Source of the DNA: Eledone cirrhosa
Lineage: Eukaryota
Assembly (NCBI GenBank): GCA_964016885.1
Contig: OZ024742.1
Location: forward strand, 138,570,001 to 138,634,000
Direction of reading: 5' to 3'
Length of the DNA stretch: 64,000 nucleotides
The stretch's first letter is position 1; each line of letters starts with the position of its first letter. Of this stretch, positions 1 to 12,949 are shown piece by piece. Position numbers and translations under genes: made by a program. The notes below the pieces were generated by a model that saw nothing but the letters and a program-made list of their open reading frames with translations, searched no databases and was not told the origin of the DNA.

Positions 1-679
1 TTGGGCTACCAGGCTAATAAATTTTGCGGTTTTCAAATGAGACCAAGATAGGGAGTATGTGATACTTGCAGTTTTCAAATACTACAGGTAACTAGCAAAC
101 TAGGTATAATTCCTCTGTTTTACATTCTTAAAAGAGTGGAAGTAGCATTTGGTGTAGAAACAGGGCACCTATATACTATATTAGATATAAGACAATTACC
201 AGCAAGGAGACAACATTGCGTTTGCCTACAATTACAGTTATATTTAGCTATTGAGATAGCAGGAGTATTAATATTATTTAACTGATCTGAACTTAGTTAC
301 GCTTAGTTACCTGCGTTTTCATTTTGGTAGAATCAACTTTATTGTCTGATATTAAACTACAAATTATGTGCTGTTGAGGACGTTTGATAGTATTTTGTTT
401 AACAGTTTGTGGTATGTATGTGATTGTGTAAAATTGTTATTAATTATACTAAAGAACAATTTATGTTTATTTGAAGCTATATGCTTACTATGTAGTGATT
501 TAAACCAGGTTGGGGGCCCTCTACGGTTAGTTTTATTGCCTAAATTTGAGGTGCTACTATCTAGTAGTTGTAAGTTGTGCGAATGATGACGGGTGTCCCG
601 TTCATTATATTTGCTATGATCTCAAGTCTTAGATCTCATGACTTAGATCTCAAGTCATGAATTCAGATTGTACATCAGA

Positions 680-1065
680 TAGAACCACCAGGTATACAAC
701 AAAGAATTGCGCGTGCATATGCATCAGTCCTCGGCCTCTCGCCTCGTAGCCATCCGCCATATGCGCTGGTACTGGCATTCCCTCTACCTGCCACCAGGTG
801 ATCCTACCAGAGCATTCGACGCAGTCGCTACAGGCTGGAAGATGGAAGAGGCTCCACGGCAGGCCCCACACCATATGACTGGATGTTATCAAGGAAGATC
901 CTCAGAGGCTCCAAGTCAACTTGGGGCATGTCGAAGAGTAGTCAGAAGACAGCCAACAATTAAGGCCACTGGTGGACCTGGTTGGTTCTACGCATCATGA
1001 TGCATCTTGAACCACTGACCTAGGATGAACCCCAGCTCATCAAGCAAGACCAAGAAGAAGAATTA
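680..1065 (+). mobile_element. RTE-clade LINE 3' fragment (degenerate)
   Basis: Translation across frames gives MRWYWHSLYLP..PTR..GWK..RGRPHTI*LDVIKED, resembling the RTE C-terminal LRWFGHV..R.RGRP..W.D motif; ends in a CAAG/GAA repeat tail. Confidence 0.6.
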
Positions 1066-1491
1066 TCAGCCTATTCTTGGAGTCTCAGTCATAGATGTTA
1101 TTTAACTGGAAATTTTGTTCAAATGAACATCAAGCCGCTACCTGCAGTCTCAGATATTCATGACGTATCGAAGGGTTCTTGCTGTTCCAACCAAACATGA
1201 CTTTTGAAATGTTCCAAAAAAGGGGACACGATTAATGTTCTTTAATCAACCTTGAAAACTCATTATTATTATTATTATTATTATTGGTCTAAGCGGACGT
1301 ATTTTGCTCGCTCACAGTAAGTCGCTTTATTTGCCTGTTTAAATTATTTGTTGTTAAATATTTCTTGTTGTGTAAGGGATATAAGCCCTTAGACTTTGCC
1401 CCGTGAAGGGGAAAGTATAATATTTGGGCCTTTTGGCCCAAATATTTGAACTTTTTTTTACATGTTAAAAAATTTACGAAGAAAAAAAAAC

Positions 1492-3452
1492 ATGGTTGAG
1501 CCACGCCCCCGCGCGATATGTCGGCTGTCGTGCGACAACGACGTTGAAGTTGAGAGGAGCGCTACAGCGAAATTAACACACATTGATAACACAAACACCA
1601 CCACAAACAAGGTAAACAAAGACACCAATGATACCAATAAGAACTCTAATTTTGAAAAAAATGACAGTAACAGCGACAACGAAAATACAGATAACAAAAA
1701 AAAAAATAACAAATACAACAACAATATCAACACCACTAACATGAAAAAAAATAGCGACAACACCAACAGCAGCAATACCAACTGCACCGAGAACAACGGT
1801 GGCAACAAAGACAACAATGATAACAGCGACAGTGCTAACAACAACACCAACAAGAACAACGTCAACAACACCCCCAACGAAAACAAGATCACTTTCGCTG
1901 CGGTAGCAGCAAAAAAAGAGACCATGCTTCAACATGGACCTCTCAAACAAAGATGAAAAGTTGGCCCAGGCATGGCAGCTCATCAAGCAAGAGCAAACTT
2001 GGGCCAACTTAACTGTCCCGGTAGAAGCTATTGAGGCAGTGGAGCGCAAAACGGTGCATTATAGATGCATCTCAGCACAAACCAAAAGGGCAGCGTTAAT
2101 CCCACAAGAAGATATCGAAGTCGCGCTGAGGTGCATCAGAGAAGACACCCAGTACATAGAGAGGGGCAGACAGTACGGCACCATTTCGGTGTTGTTCAAG
2201 TCAGAAGCCCTCGCGATGAAACACGCCATGACTCCTTGCAAAACCAGCAAGGTCATAATGTACCCCTCCCACATGGGAAAAAGAACGGCCCGTCTCCGCA
2301 TTCCCAGAATCCCTCCAGGACTTGACATGTGGTGGCTTCTGGAATGTGTGATTGTGGAGGGGACGGATACAGTCCCTATAGAAGTGACCAGAACGGCCAG
2401 AGAGGACTGGTCCGGGGTTGACCTGGAGATCCTTCTCCAGATCAGACCCGAGAATGTGAAGACAATCCCAGACCATATCCGACTTCAGAATGGGACTGTC
2501 ATTCACATTATGACCGAAGGCAAAAGGCCGCAGTGTTTTGTTTGTGGGGGAAAAATCCCATTTGCGAGCCTTCTGCTCTCAACTGCTGAAAGAAGCAAGG
2601 GGTCGAAAGGCTCCACTGCTGCCGACGCCGGGGCGAGGACCACAACCAACACCTGCACCGGCAAAAACACCAATAGAAAAATCACCACCAACATTGACCA
2701 CCCAGGGGGGAAACGAGGAAAGCTGTCAAATTCTCCCTCCCCCCAAAAATACACACACCAATAAAACCTTAAACATACATACAAACACACTTACAGACAC
2801 AGACCCTTCATCTACCAGTAGTGAAGATGAGGGAAATCCAAAATCCCCCAAAATACAAAAAAGGAAACACAAAAAGAAAAAAAAAATCAACAAAGCACAA
2901 AAGCAACCACAATAAAAAACGCAGACACCACCCACACAAACATCTCTCCAATAACACCAACATCAACACCACCATCACCATCACCAGAATCCCCCAAACG
3001 CAAACAACCGAAACAGACGCAAGAACAAATATACACACAAACATCTGAAACCACAGACACCGCACTCACAACAAACACAGATACAACCGAAACAACACTA
3101 CCAAGACCATCACCACCACAGCCACGCAAACAAATAAAATGACACCAACAAAACATACAAAACTTCGTGCTCGTCAGGGGGGCCAACAAGGAACTAATGG
3201 CCCTCGTAGCACGAAGTGAAAATATACAAAAAGAGAGGGAAATTTTTAAATCGAGCACATTTCGCGTGCCGGAAGATTTGGTTCTGGTGCGAATGTCGCT
3301 CGACATATTCAAAGAATACGAGACAGCTTTCCTCGGGACGTGGGAACCCCGAACGTAAAACCCACTTCAAGACTTTTAAAGGGGTTCCCAAAAGAAACCC
3401 CACTAACTATGAAGATCGAACAACCCGACCTTCACAAGAGCCCGGAAGGTAA
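1492..3452 (+). pseudogene. Tx1 ORF1 (gag-like, frameshifted)
   Basis: Asn/Thr-rich N-terminus, RGRQYGTISVLF, and EGKRPQCFVCG..HLRAFC zinc knuckle split over ORFs 1934-2764 and 2538-2915. Stop at AGG TAA just before ORF2. Confidence 0.8.
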
Positions 3453-3489
3453 GTAAACCTTCCTCTCTCTCTCTGTTTAACCTGCCAAC

Positions 3490-6271
3490 ATGGCCGTATT
3501 AAGAGTAGGATGTTTAAATGTTCGAGGCCTGGAATTGTCCTGGAAGCAGGGTCACCTGCTCAACGACTTCAGGTCTATAGAAATGGATGTAATTGCAGTC
3601 AGCGAGACCAGGATTTCCGACACGCGCGCACTAGCCCCCATTTTCGACGACTATCAGATCTTTGCATCTGTTAGCCGGCCGGGAATGGGAGGCGGGGTGG
3701 CAGTGCTGTTTAGGAAAGGCCTGGATCTCGAGGTAAGGTCGATCTTCCGGGACCCGGACGGGAAGTTGGTGGTCCTAGACGTGAACAATAATGAAGGTGG
3801 TGCCTTTAGACTGGTGGCCGTCTATGCTCCTACTGGGGCAGGACGGCCGGACTTCTTTAGACGCCTGGAAGCCTTTCTGGGTACGTCTCGCCCTTTACTG
3901 TTAGCGGGGGCCTGGAACGGCATCTTAGACGCACGCTGGGACTGTGTGGGAGTATCCGATAGGAGTGGCGGGTGCAAAAGCCTCAAGAACCTGATCAGCC
4001 AGTTCCAACTGTCTGACAGGTACCGACTAGATTTCCCTAATGCGCCAGTGTGGAACTGGGCTAACCGCATAGGGTCATCTAGATCGTATATAGACAGGAT
4101 ATTCATTAGGAAAATAGACAGAAATAGTGTAAGCTGTCCACCTTTTGAAACGGTTCCCTATTCAGATCACAAGTTTGTGATCTGTATGCTCGACCTAGAT
4201 AAGACGCGTAGGTTAGGACCTGGGTACTGGAAGCTAAACATGTCATTTCCGGCACGTAAGGCTTACAGGGACCAGGTCAACAATTTAGTTAAGAAAAATT
4301 TGACAGGGGGAGTCGTCAACAATAGATGGTGGGAAAAGAGAGATTAGAGTAATGTCGATAGAGTTTAGCAAAGAAGTAGCATTAGAAAGAAGGGGGAGTT
4401 GGTAGATAAGTTAGACGAGGCTATTGGTAGTGGCATTGCAACTGATGTGCTAGCGGCGAGAATGGCATTATACCATTTCTTCAATGCGAAACACGAAGGT
4501 TGCATTGTCAGAGCTAAGGCGCGTGCTCTGAGAAACGAGGGAACCAAAGCTGTTCAATGGGCCCGCGTGGCAGAGGCGCAGCGTGGTAATAAAACCACGA
4601 TTCGGTCTTTGACGGACCGAGACGGGCATGAGCTGAGCGATTCCAAGAGGATGTGTGAGGCCTTTCGCAAACATTTTGCTCGGTTGTTCGGGGGAAGTGG
4701 CGGGTCAGAGATGGTGGTGGACTTCAGTCCCTACCTCGATGGCTTGCTGCAACTCTCGACGGCTGACGCTGGGCGCTGCGAAAGGCCAATTACTTCAGCC
4801 GAGATTCAGGATGCCCTTATAGGCTGCATGAGGCGCAAGTCACCCGGTTTGGATGGTCTGCCCTACGAGCTTGACGTAAATATGCCAGATTTGTACTCCA
4901 ATCTCCTCGAAGCGCTCTACTGCAACTGGCAGCAAAACGGGAGTATTCCCAGTTCTGTGAGCCGGGGCGTAGTGACGCTGATAAGGAAAGACGAGAACAA
5001 GAGGGACACATTAGACAATTTTAGGCCCATAACTCTGCTCAACACAGAGTTTAAGATTTTGGCCAGGGTGTTAGCGAAGAGGTTGGCGTTTGTCGTCGGG
5101 GATTTGGTTGGGGAGGAGCAAACTTGCGCAATCCCAACCAGGTCCATACACGACAACCTCCACCTAATGCGATACATCATAGAGAGGGTAGGGTGTAAAC
5201 CTGGCTTCGGTGGGGCTCTGATCAATTTAGATCAATCGAACGCATTCGATAGGGTCCACCATCGGTACCTGGAGGCTGTCCTCAAGGCGGCTGGCTTCGG
5301 CCCCATCTTCAGAAGCTGGATCGCTGCAATGCACAGCGGCACCTGGTGAGGCGGTCCATCTGCTGCCAGCACCCTCTACGTGGAGGGCTGGGCATGCCGT
5401 GGCTAATGATGCGCAGGCACGCGCTGAGGCTGCAGCATCTCCAGATATTCTGCTTAAACGGTGAACAGGTGTGGTCGCCGTTTGTCAGACGCGCCTTTCC
5501 GCAGCTCGTTTCTTTGACTGAGTTGCAGTCCTGCGTCAAGAAGAGACCGAGACTGGGTGATTGGCATCTGGAATGTTACCAGGCACTCACTGCCCTCTAC
5601 CGGGCGGGCAATGCGGTCAGTGGAACTTCCACTCTCGAGTTCTATAGAGGATTAGTGGTGGGTAAGTGCGACGACGCACTCGGAGAGGTTCTGGGAGTCA
5701 ACGAAGTCGAACTAACCAGTCTGTACCGGAGGACTTTCGAGCCGGGGACGATGGATAATTTCCAAAAATCCCTCGCTTGGCAGTGCTATCGGGGGGCACT
5801 ACCGGTTCGAGATAAACTCTACAGGCACGGAAGTGCTGTCAGACGGACCTGCCCGAGATGCGCGTATAGCGACGAAACCGTTCTGCAGGCACTCGTCCAG
5901 TGTCCGTGCATTACTGACTTGTGGAGTTATGTTGAACAGCTGTTGTCGCGTGTAGAACGGATCCGGCTATCGGCCGAGTCCATAGTGAAGATCGACCCGC
6001 CGCCTTCTTTTGGCCAGGAAGGGCAGGCAATTTTCCTCTGTCTGGTGGCAGTAGCGAAAGAGGTTGTATGGTGGACGAGGTTCAAAGGACTGAAGACAGA
6101 CACTTTTCTCTTCGGCCAATCCCTCATCAACTGTTTCAAGTTTCACTTGGAAAGGAAGGTGGAGAGAGGGTGGAGAGAGAAGTGCTTCCCCCCAGTACAT
6201 TTGCTGAAAAGTGGGTGAATGTGGCGAGAATGGCCCGTGTGAGTAGGCCTACTCTGGTCATGCGGCTGTAG
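3490..6271 (+). pseudogene. Tx1 ORF2 (APE endonuclease-RT-zinc finger), disrupted; RT YADD core deleted
   Basis: LNVRGL, SET, VYAP and SDH endonuclease motifs; KSPGLDG, FRPITLLN and LDQSNAFDRV RT motifs; jump at about 5345 to the post-RT region; CPRC..ET...C. Confidence 0.9.
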
Positions 6272-6556
6272 GTAGGTAAATTTGAAGAGGAGAGGGGTGC
6301 CCTTCCAGGGTTCTCTCGAAGCGTCGGGTCGTTCAGGATTGGTGGGGTACCTGAGCGAACCCTAGGTGGTCATCCCCCCTATCGGGGAATGTTTTCTTGT
6401 TGTAATTTTCTTGTTATTTTATTGTTAATTTGTTATTGTTACTTTGTTTATTCATATTGTTTACTCGATTTTTCTGTAAAACCCCACTGTCCCAGTCTTT
6501 TGTATTGTCCCCTATATGTCGTCCCTTGTGGCCAATAAATGAAATCATTATTATAT

Positions 6557-6751
6557 TGGCAGTATCGGTAGAGGGTCGGACGCCATGCTTTCCAGCATAG
6601 TTACGTCCCTTTACGATCTGAGTTCAAATCCCGCCGAGGTTGAATTTGCCTTTCATCCTTACGGGGTCGATAAAATAAAGTACCAGTAATGCACTGGTTA
6701 ATTGCTGGCCTTGTGCCTAAAGTAGAAACAATTATTATTATTATTATTATT
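6557..6751 (+). mobile_element. tRNA-head SINE with Deu/Nin-like core and (ATT)n tail
   Basis: A box TGGCAGTATCGG, B box GAGTTCAAATCC, core GCCTTTCATCCTTACGGGGTCGATAAAATAAAGTACCAG, tail GGCCTTGTGCCTAAAGTAGAAACA(ATT)n; more than 10 copies in the window. Confidence 0.9.
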
Positions 6752-6964
6752 GGCGACCTACGTAGTAAATCGTATCATCGTGAGCTCCGCAAAGGTTTGT
6801 TGTTTTCGTTTGTTTTGAAATTGCCATTTATGGAAAATTTTATTGTTAAATGTATATAAGTGCACATACATTGTTTTCCGAAAAGGACACTAAAAAAGAT
6901 TGGGGCCTTGAGCCCAAAATTTAAACTTTTATAATTATCAAAAAAAACTTTCTTTGAAAAAAAC

Positions 6965-8887
6965 ATGGGAGTCTCACAGCCACACGAAGCTGACAGCCTT
7001 CCTCACAAACTAACACCTCACACCGACACCACCATCATAAATATTACTACGTTTGCCAACACTAAAGATATAAGCAGTAGCAATATTTTAAATTTGTCTC
7101 AGGCAGACATTCATTTCCCGCCATTACCAATGATTGCAGGTGTTAAAGCTGCCACCACCACCACCACCACCACCAGCGCGACAACCAGCACCCCCACCAC
7201 CACCGCGACAGCAGAAACAAAAGAAAAAATAAATTAGCTCGTGACATCGAAATGAATTCAACCAAAATGAACTCTTCCACACCGAACACCACTGACGCCA
7301 CCACCACCACAACTGAAACTAAAATTAATAATAACAAAAATAACGATAACAACAACAGCAACAATGACATTAAAAAAACCACCCTGAGTTTTGCCAGAGT
7401 AGCAAAACAGTGCGAAGGATTTCAGGTAATTCAGGAGGAATTAGAAGAGGCCAAAAAATGGTAAAGAAAGATCGATACAGCCCCCCCCCCCCCCCTAATA
7501 AAATAGAGCATCGGCGCCTATGCACTGTGTCTTATCGAACAATTAATATAAAATCGCGCCAAGTGGAACGGGAATCCGAGTCCCAAATCCAAAAAGCTTT
7601 GTGACATGTGTGGGCAAAAAAAAGCCACATCAGACGTGGGCAGAAGTATGGAACCGTTGACGTGTTCTTTGAAACACCACAGGAGGCTAGAGAACACTCC
7701 ATGGCCCCATTAAGAAGTAACGACTTCACACTCGTCCCTCCCAAGCTATTGTGGCCAGAGACTCGTAAAGATCAGGGTGACCCACGTTCCACCGGCCATC
7801 GAAATTCCCTGGCTAATAGCTGCCGTCCTCGCCGGCATCGAAGCCAACATCAAGATAATAGAAATAGCGAAAGAAAAGCAGGAGAACTGGTCCGGATCTG
7901 GGATGGAGCTCCTGATCCAAGCGGACCAAAAAAACATTGAGGAGATCCCAGAGATAATAGACCTCACTGACGGCAGTCACCTCACCGTAATTGTCGAGGG
8001 CAGAAGGCCTAGGTGTGTCGTTTGTGGTGAAGGAACCCACCTAAGGGCTTTCTGCCCTCAGGCTAAAAGGATGAGGCCACCTCTCCTACCCACCCCAGTG
8101 ACTTAACCATCAACACCACCAGCAGCAGAGATGGCAACAACAACTGTAGCAGCAGCAACAGAAGCAACTGTAACAGCAACAATCCCAGCAACAGTAGCAA
8201 AACCAACACCACCACCACCCAACGCGCCAGAACTAGTACCAGCGCCTACACCATCCACCACGCCACAACCAAAACTAACGCCTGTGGAGGATTTTCCACT
8301 CCCCGGCCTATCACAACTGGAGACAGATTGTGACGACGAGGAGTGGGAAACCGTATCAGGAAAAAAGAAAAAAAGAAACCAAAAAAGAAAAAACACTCTT
8401 CCTTCCCCCTCCAAAAACAAAATACAGAGGGAAACAAATAAACTATCAAACAAAAAAAGTTAGGACAGACATGCCACCATCCACGCCAGCATCACCAACC
8501 CCATCACCACAAACACCAACACCATCACCAAAATGCGAAACAGAAACAAACCCACAACAAACGCAAACAAAACAAAACAACCAAAACGATACACACTACA
8601 CAGCATTAAATTTGAACAACACCCAATTATTACACTACATCCAACACAACACCAGCATCACAGGAAAAGACTACACAACAACCAAAAAGTTCACACCACC
8701 TCCACACATACAAATCACTCGCATCACACAGAAAACGTACATGACACTAAAACAAAAATTCCCCAAAGACATCGGAGACTTCCGACAAGCACTCTCCAGG
8801 AGGATTTATAAGGACATCCTTCCTGAGGTGGCCACAAGCAGTGAAAAGGATGGAGAAACCGTCCTTCCTCTACGAGAAGTAAGGTAA
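6965..8887 (+). pseudogene. Tx1 ORF1, fragmented by stops and frameshifts
   Basis: RRGQKYGTVDVFF, CCHC knuckle in ORF 7777-8106, Pro/Thr-rich tail, stop at AGG TAA. Confidence 0.8.
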
Positions 8888-8921
8888 GTGGTCTTTCCCA
8901 TCTTTTCCACTCCTTTTCAAC

Positions 8922-11900
8922 ATGACCTCACTCAGAATAGGCAGCATAAATGCGCGTGGCTTGGGGTCGTCATGGAAGCAGGGCCACCTGCTCAACAACC
9001 TCAGGTCACTAAACATAGATGTAGTGGCCATCAGCGAGACCAGAATCTCCGAAGCACGGGCCTTCGCACCGATCTTCGGTGGCTACGATGTGTACGCATC
9101 TCCCAGCCGTCCTGGATCGGGCGGAGGAGTTGCTGTGCTTTTTCGGAGAGGTTTGGATCTTGCCATACGGGCCATCTTCCTGGACCCAGAGGGTAAGTTG
9201 GTGGTGCTGGACGTGACCAGCGGAGACGGGCAAGCTTTCAGGCTAGTGGCCGTCTATGCCCCGACAGGAGCAGGGCGGCCTGATTTCTTCCGGCGTCTGG
9301 AGACCTTTCTTGGAATGTCCCGCTCTTTAGTGTTAGTGGGCGACTGGAATGGGATCTTAGATGCACGCTGGGACTGTGTGGGATTAGCGGATAGGGGAGG
9401 AGGGTGCAAGAGCCTCACCAACCTGCTCAGGCGTTTTGAACTGTCTGACAGGTACCGATTGGATTTCCCGAATGTGCCAATGTGGACTTGGACAAATCGC
9501 GTAGGGTCATCCAGATCATATCTAGATAGAGTATTTTGTAGGGAAATAGATAGGTCTAGCATAGGCTGTCCACAATTCAAGATAGTCAGCTACACGGACC
9601 ACAAATTCGTGATCTGTGTGCTTGACTTAGATAGGGTCATAGACGAGGACCCGGCTACTGGAACCTAAACGCGTCCTTACCAGCGCGCAATGCCTACAGA
9701 GACCGGATTAGCGAACTAGTTAAGCGGGCGTTGACGGGGGCCATCGTCAACAACAAGTGGTGGTTTGCTCTGAAAAGAGCAATTAGAATAGAGTCCATTA
9801 GGTTTAGTAAGGCTTTAGCAATAGAGAAAAATAGAGCAGAGGGAGAATTAGTTAGAACATTAGACGAGGCGCTTAGCAAAGGCATCGCGACCGACGTACT
9901 TGTGGCGAAATTGGCCCTTGACCAATTCTTCAATGCAAAGAACGAAGGCTGCGTTGTCAGAGCTAGGGTGCGTGCTTTCAGACACGAGGGGACGAAAGCC
10001 GTTCGATGGGTCCGAGTGCCGGAGGCGCGTCGTGGCAACAAAGCCACGATCCGGTCTTTGGTGGACCACGACGGGCGCATGCTACTCGATCCCGGGCAAA
10101 TGTGTGAAGCTTTTCAGCGACACTTCGCACAGCTGTTCGGGGGCAGCGGCGGGCCGGATCGAGGGATGGACTTTAGTGTCTACCTTGACGGACTGCCGCG
10201 GCAGTAATAGATAATTTCCGGCCCATAACTCTGCTAAACACAGAGTTCAAGATTTTGGCCAAGGTGCTAGCAAAGAGGTTGGCGCTTGTCGTTGGTGATC
10301 TGGTGGGAGAGGCCCAGACGGGCGCCATTCCCGACAGATCCATCCACGACAACCTCCACCTCATGCGATACATGGTAGAGAGGGTAGCTAGGGAACCTGG
10401 CACGGATGGGTCCTTGATCAATTTAGATCAGTCGAAATCTTTCGATAGGGTCGACCATCGTTACCTAGCGGCAGTCCTGAGGGCGGCTGGCTTTGGGCCC
10501 GTCTTCAGAGGCTGGATCACTGCCATGCACAGCGACATCTGCTCTGTGGTGAAAGTGAACGGTCACCTTTCGGAACCGTTCAACATCATGCGCTCGGTCC
10601 GCCAAGGATGTCCCCTCTCGTCCCTCTTGTACGTATTGACTCTCGAGCCATTACTGCACAAACTGGAGACGTTGAGGGGGGTCCCGCGCGAACTAGGATG
10701 TGGAAGATCCGTGTCAGCATATGCGGACGATGTCACCGTAGTGGTGTCGCACGCCAAACACATCGAGGCGATCGGCACTACACTAAGAGAATACGAAGCG
10801 GTGACAGGAGCAATGATCAACCAGGAAAAGTCAGTGGGCCTGCAGCTCGGCACCTGGAGAGGCAGGTCCATGCCGTCCAACAGCGTCGTCGGGCGCTGGA
10901 CGGACGGACCGGTTAAATTGCTAGGGGTCTGGTTCGGTCTGGACCTCCAGACGGACAAAAACTGGGACGAGATGACGAGCAGGGTGACTTCTCTCACCCA
11001 GAAATGGGTGGAGAGGAAGCTATCCCTGAAAGGTCGAGCGGAGGTGGCTAACGCGTACATCGCGTCCGTCATCTACTACCGCCTGACCGTCGTACCTTGT
11101 CCTAAGCCCCGCCTGACTGCGCTGGAGCGTTTGCTCTTTCGCTTTTTGTGGAAGGGACGCGCACCGATGGTCAGGCGGTCCATCTGCTGTCAACACCCGC
11201 TACGTGGAGGGCTGGGCATGCCGTGGCTGATGATGCGCAGACACGCGCTCAGGCTACGACATCTCCACCTCTTCCTCGGCGGTGATCAGGTGTGGTCGCC
11301 ATTTGCTAGACACGTCTTTTCCCAGCTCGTCTCCTTGACGGAGCTGCAGTCCTGGGTCAAGCAAAGACCAAGAGGGGGCACTTAGAGACTGGAATGTCTT
11401 CAGGCGCTTACAGCCCTCGACCAATCGGGCAATGTGATCGGTGGAAACTCCACCTTGGCTTTCTATAGGGGATTAGTGGAGGGGAATAGCGACGACGTAC
11501 TTGGAGAAACTCTAGGCGTCGACGAAAATCAACTAGCCAATCTCTTCGGAAGGACTTTCGGGCCGGGGCCTATGGACAACTTCCAGAAATCCCTGGCCTG
11601 GCAGTGCTACCGAGGAGCTTTGCCAGTTCGGGATAAACTCTCCAGGCATGGAGGTGCCGTCAGCCGGGCATGTCCGAGATGCGCGCAGGGCGACGAAACC
11701 GTCCTGCACGCACTCGTCCAGTGTCCGAGCATTGCTGACTTGTGGGTTTATGTCGAAAACCTGCTGTCACGTGTAGGACAGATCCAGCTATCAGCTGAGT
11801 CCATCGTGACGATTGCCCCGCCCTCCTCCTTTAGCCGGGAAGGGCAGGCAGTTTTTATCTGTCTGATGGCCATGGCGAAAGAGATAGTATGGTGGACACG

Positions 11901-12087
11901 TTTGAAAGGGCTGAAGACGAGCACTTACCTCTTCGGTGATGCCCTGATTAACTTTTTCAAATTTCATTTGAAAAGGAAAATCAGGGTAGAGAGGGAAGTG
12001 CTCTCTTCCCAGCATTTTGTTGAAAGATGGGTGAGAGAAGCAAGTATGGCCCGAGTGAATGTGCCTACTCTGAGTATGTGTCTGTAA
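8922..12087 (+). pseudogene. Tx1 ORF2 (endonuclease-RT-zinc finger), frameshifted, with an approximately 250-bp deletion at about 10200
   Basis: ORFs 8922-9668, 9731-10207, 10255-11385 and 11434-12087 are colinear with ORF2 of copies 1 and 3. Confidence 0.9.
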
Positions 12088-12331
12088 ATTAAAGGTGGAA
12101 AACTGGGAGAGGGCACTTGCCCTGGTGGTCTGGGTCACTGTGGCCTTTTAATGGGCTTTCTCCACAAATGTCTCTCGGAAGTCTGCCCCCTATTGGGGAA
12201 TCTTACTTTGTTATTTTTTATTACATCCTCTTTTTATTTACACGCAGAAATGCCCATTTGTACCGTCCTGCATTGTCCTGTACTGTCCTTAATGTCTACT
12301 TTATGTAAACCCTTGTGGTTAATAAAGAAAA

Positions 12332-12332
<1 letters not shown>

Positions 12333-12398
<66 letters not shown>
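12333..12398. repeat. (ATT)n tail/target tract
   Basis: Pure ATT run between Tx1 copy 2 and the truncated copy that follows. Confidence 0.95.
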
Positions 12399-12778
12399 TT
12401 CATTTGACGAGGAAAATCAGAGTAGAGAGGGAAGTGCTCTCTTCCCAGCATTTTGTTGAAAGATGGGTGAGAGAAGCAAGAATGGCCCGAGTGAATGGGC
12501 CTACTCTGAGTATGTATCTGTAAATTAAAGGTGGAAAACTGGGAGACAGCACTTGCCTTGGTGGTCAGGGTCACTGTGGCCTTTTACTGGGTTTCTCCAC
12601 AAATGTCCCTCTGAAGTCTCCCCCCTATTGGGGAATTTTTCATTGTTATTTTTTTGTTACATCTTCTGTTTTTGTTTTTTACACTTTTACACGCAGAAAT
12701 GCCCATTTGTACCGTCCTGTATTGTCCTGCACTGTCCTTAATGTCTACTTTATGTAACCCTTGTGGTTAATAAAGAAA

Positions 12779-12820
<42 letters not shown>
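12397..12820 (+). mobile_element. 5'-truncated Tx1 copy (3' end only) with (ATT)n tail
   Basis: Near-identical to 11962-12333 and inserted head-to-tail in the ATT tail of copy 2. Confidence 0.9.
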
Positions 12821-12824
<4 letters not shown>

Positions 12825-12949
12825 ATATATATATATGCAATGGGGACTGGCTGAGAGAGTTACAGAGAGAGTGAAAGAGAGAGTGAAAGAGAGAGAGAGA
12901 GAGCTACAGATATGGTAATATACACGGTGTATACTAGATGTATAGTAAA

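Larger units (their letters stand above)
1286..6552 (+). mobile_element. Tx1-clade LINE copy 1 (near full length, internally deleted in RT)
   Basis: Starts right after (ATT)n at 1262-1285. 5' UTR, ORF1 with zinc knuckle, ORF2 with APE endonuclease, partial RT and C-terminal CxxC-type zinc motif. 3' UTR ends CCCTTGTGGCCAATAAATGAAATCATTATTAT. Confidence 0.9.
6752..12333 (+). mobile_element. Tx1-clade LINE copy 2 (near full length)
   Basis: Begins right after the SINE (ATT)n tail. ORF1 has EGRRPRCVVCGEGTHLRAFCP. ORF2 has endonuclease, RT (RQGCPLS, AYADD) and CPRC..H...C. Ends AATAAAGAAAAC(ATT)n. Confidence 0.92.

Noticed and set aside
618-662. 14-bp GATCTCA-based tandem units, and the 44752-44900 repeats, as CRISPR-like arrays
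   Set aside because: No unique spacers and a eukaryotic context; these are simple tandem repeats.
1215-1232. Polypurine tract AAAAAAGGGGA as an LTR-retrotransposon PPT
   Set aside because: No TG..CA LTR or integrase nearby; the upstream sequence is RTE-like.
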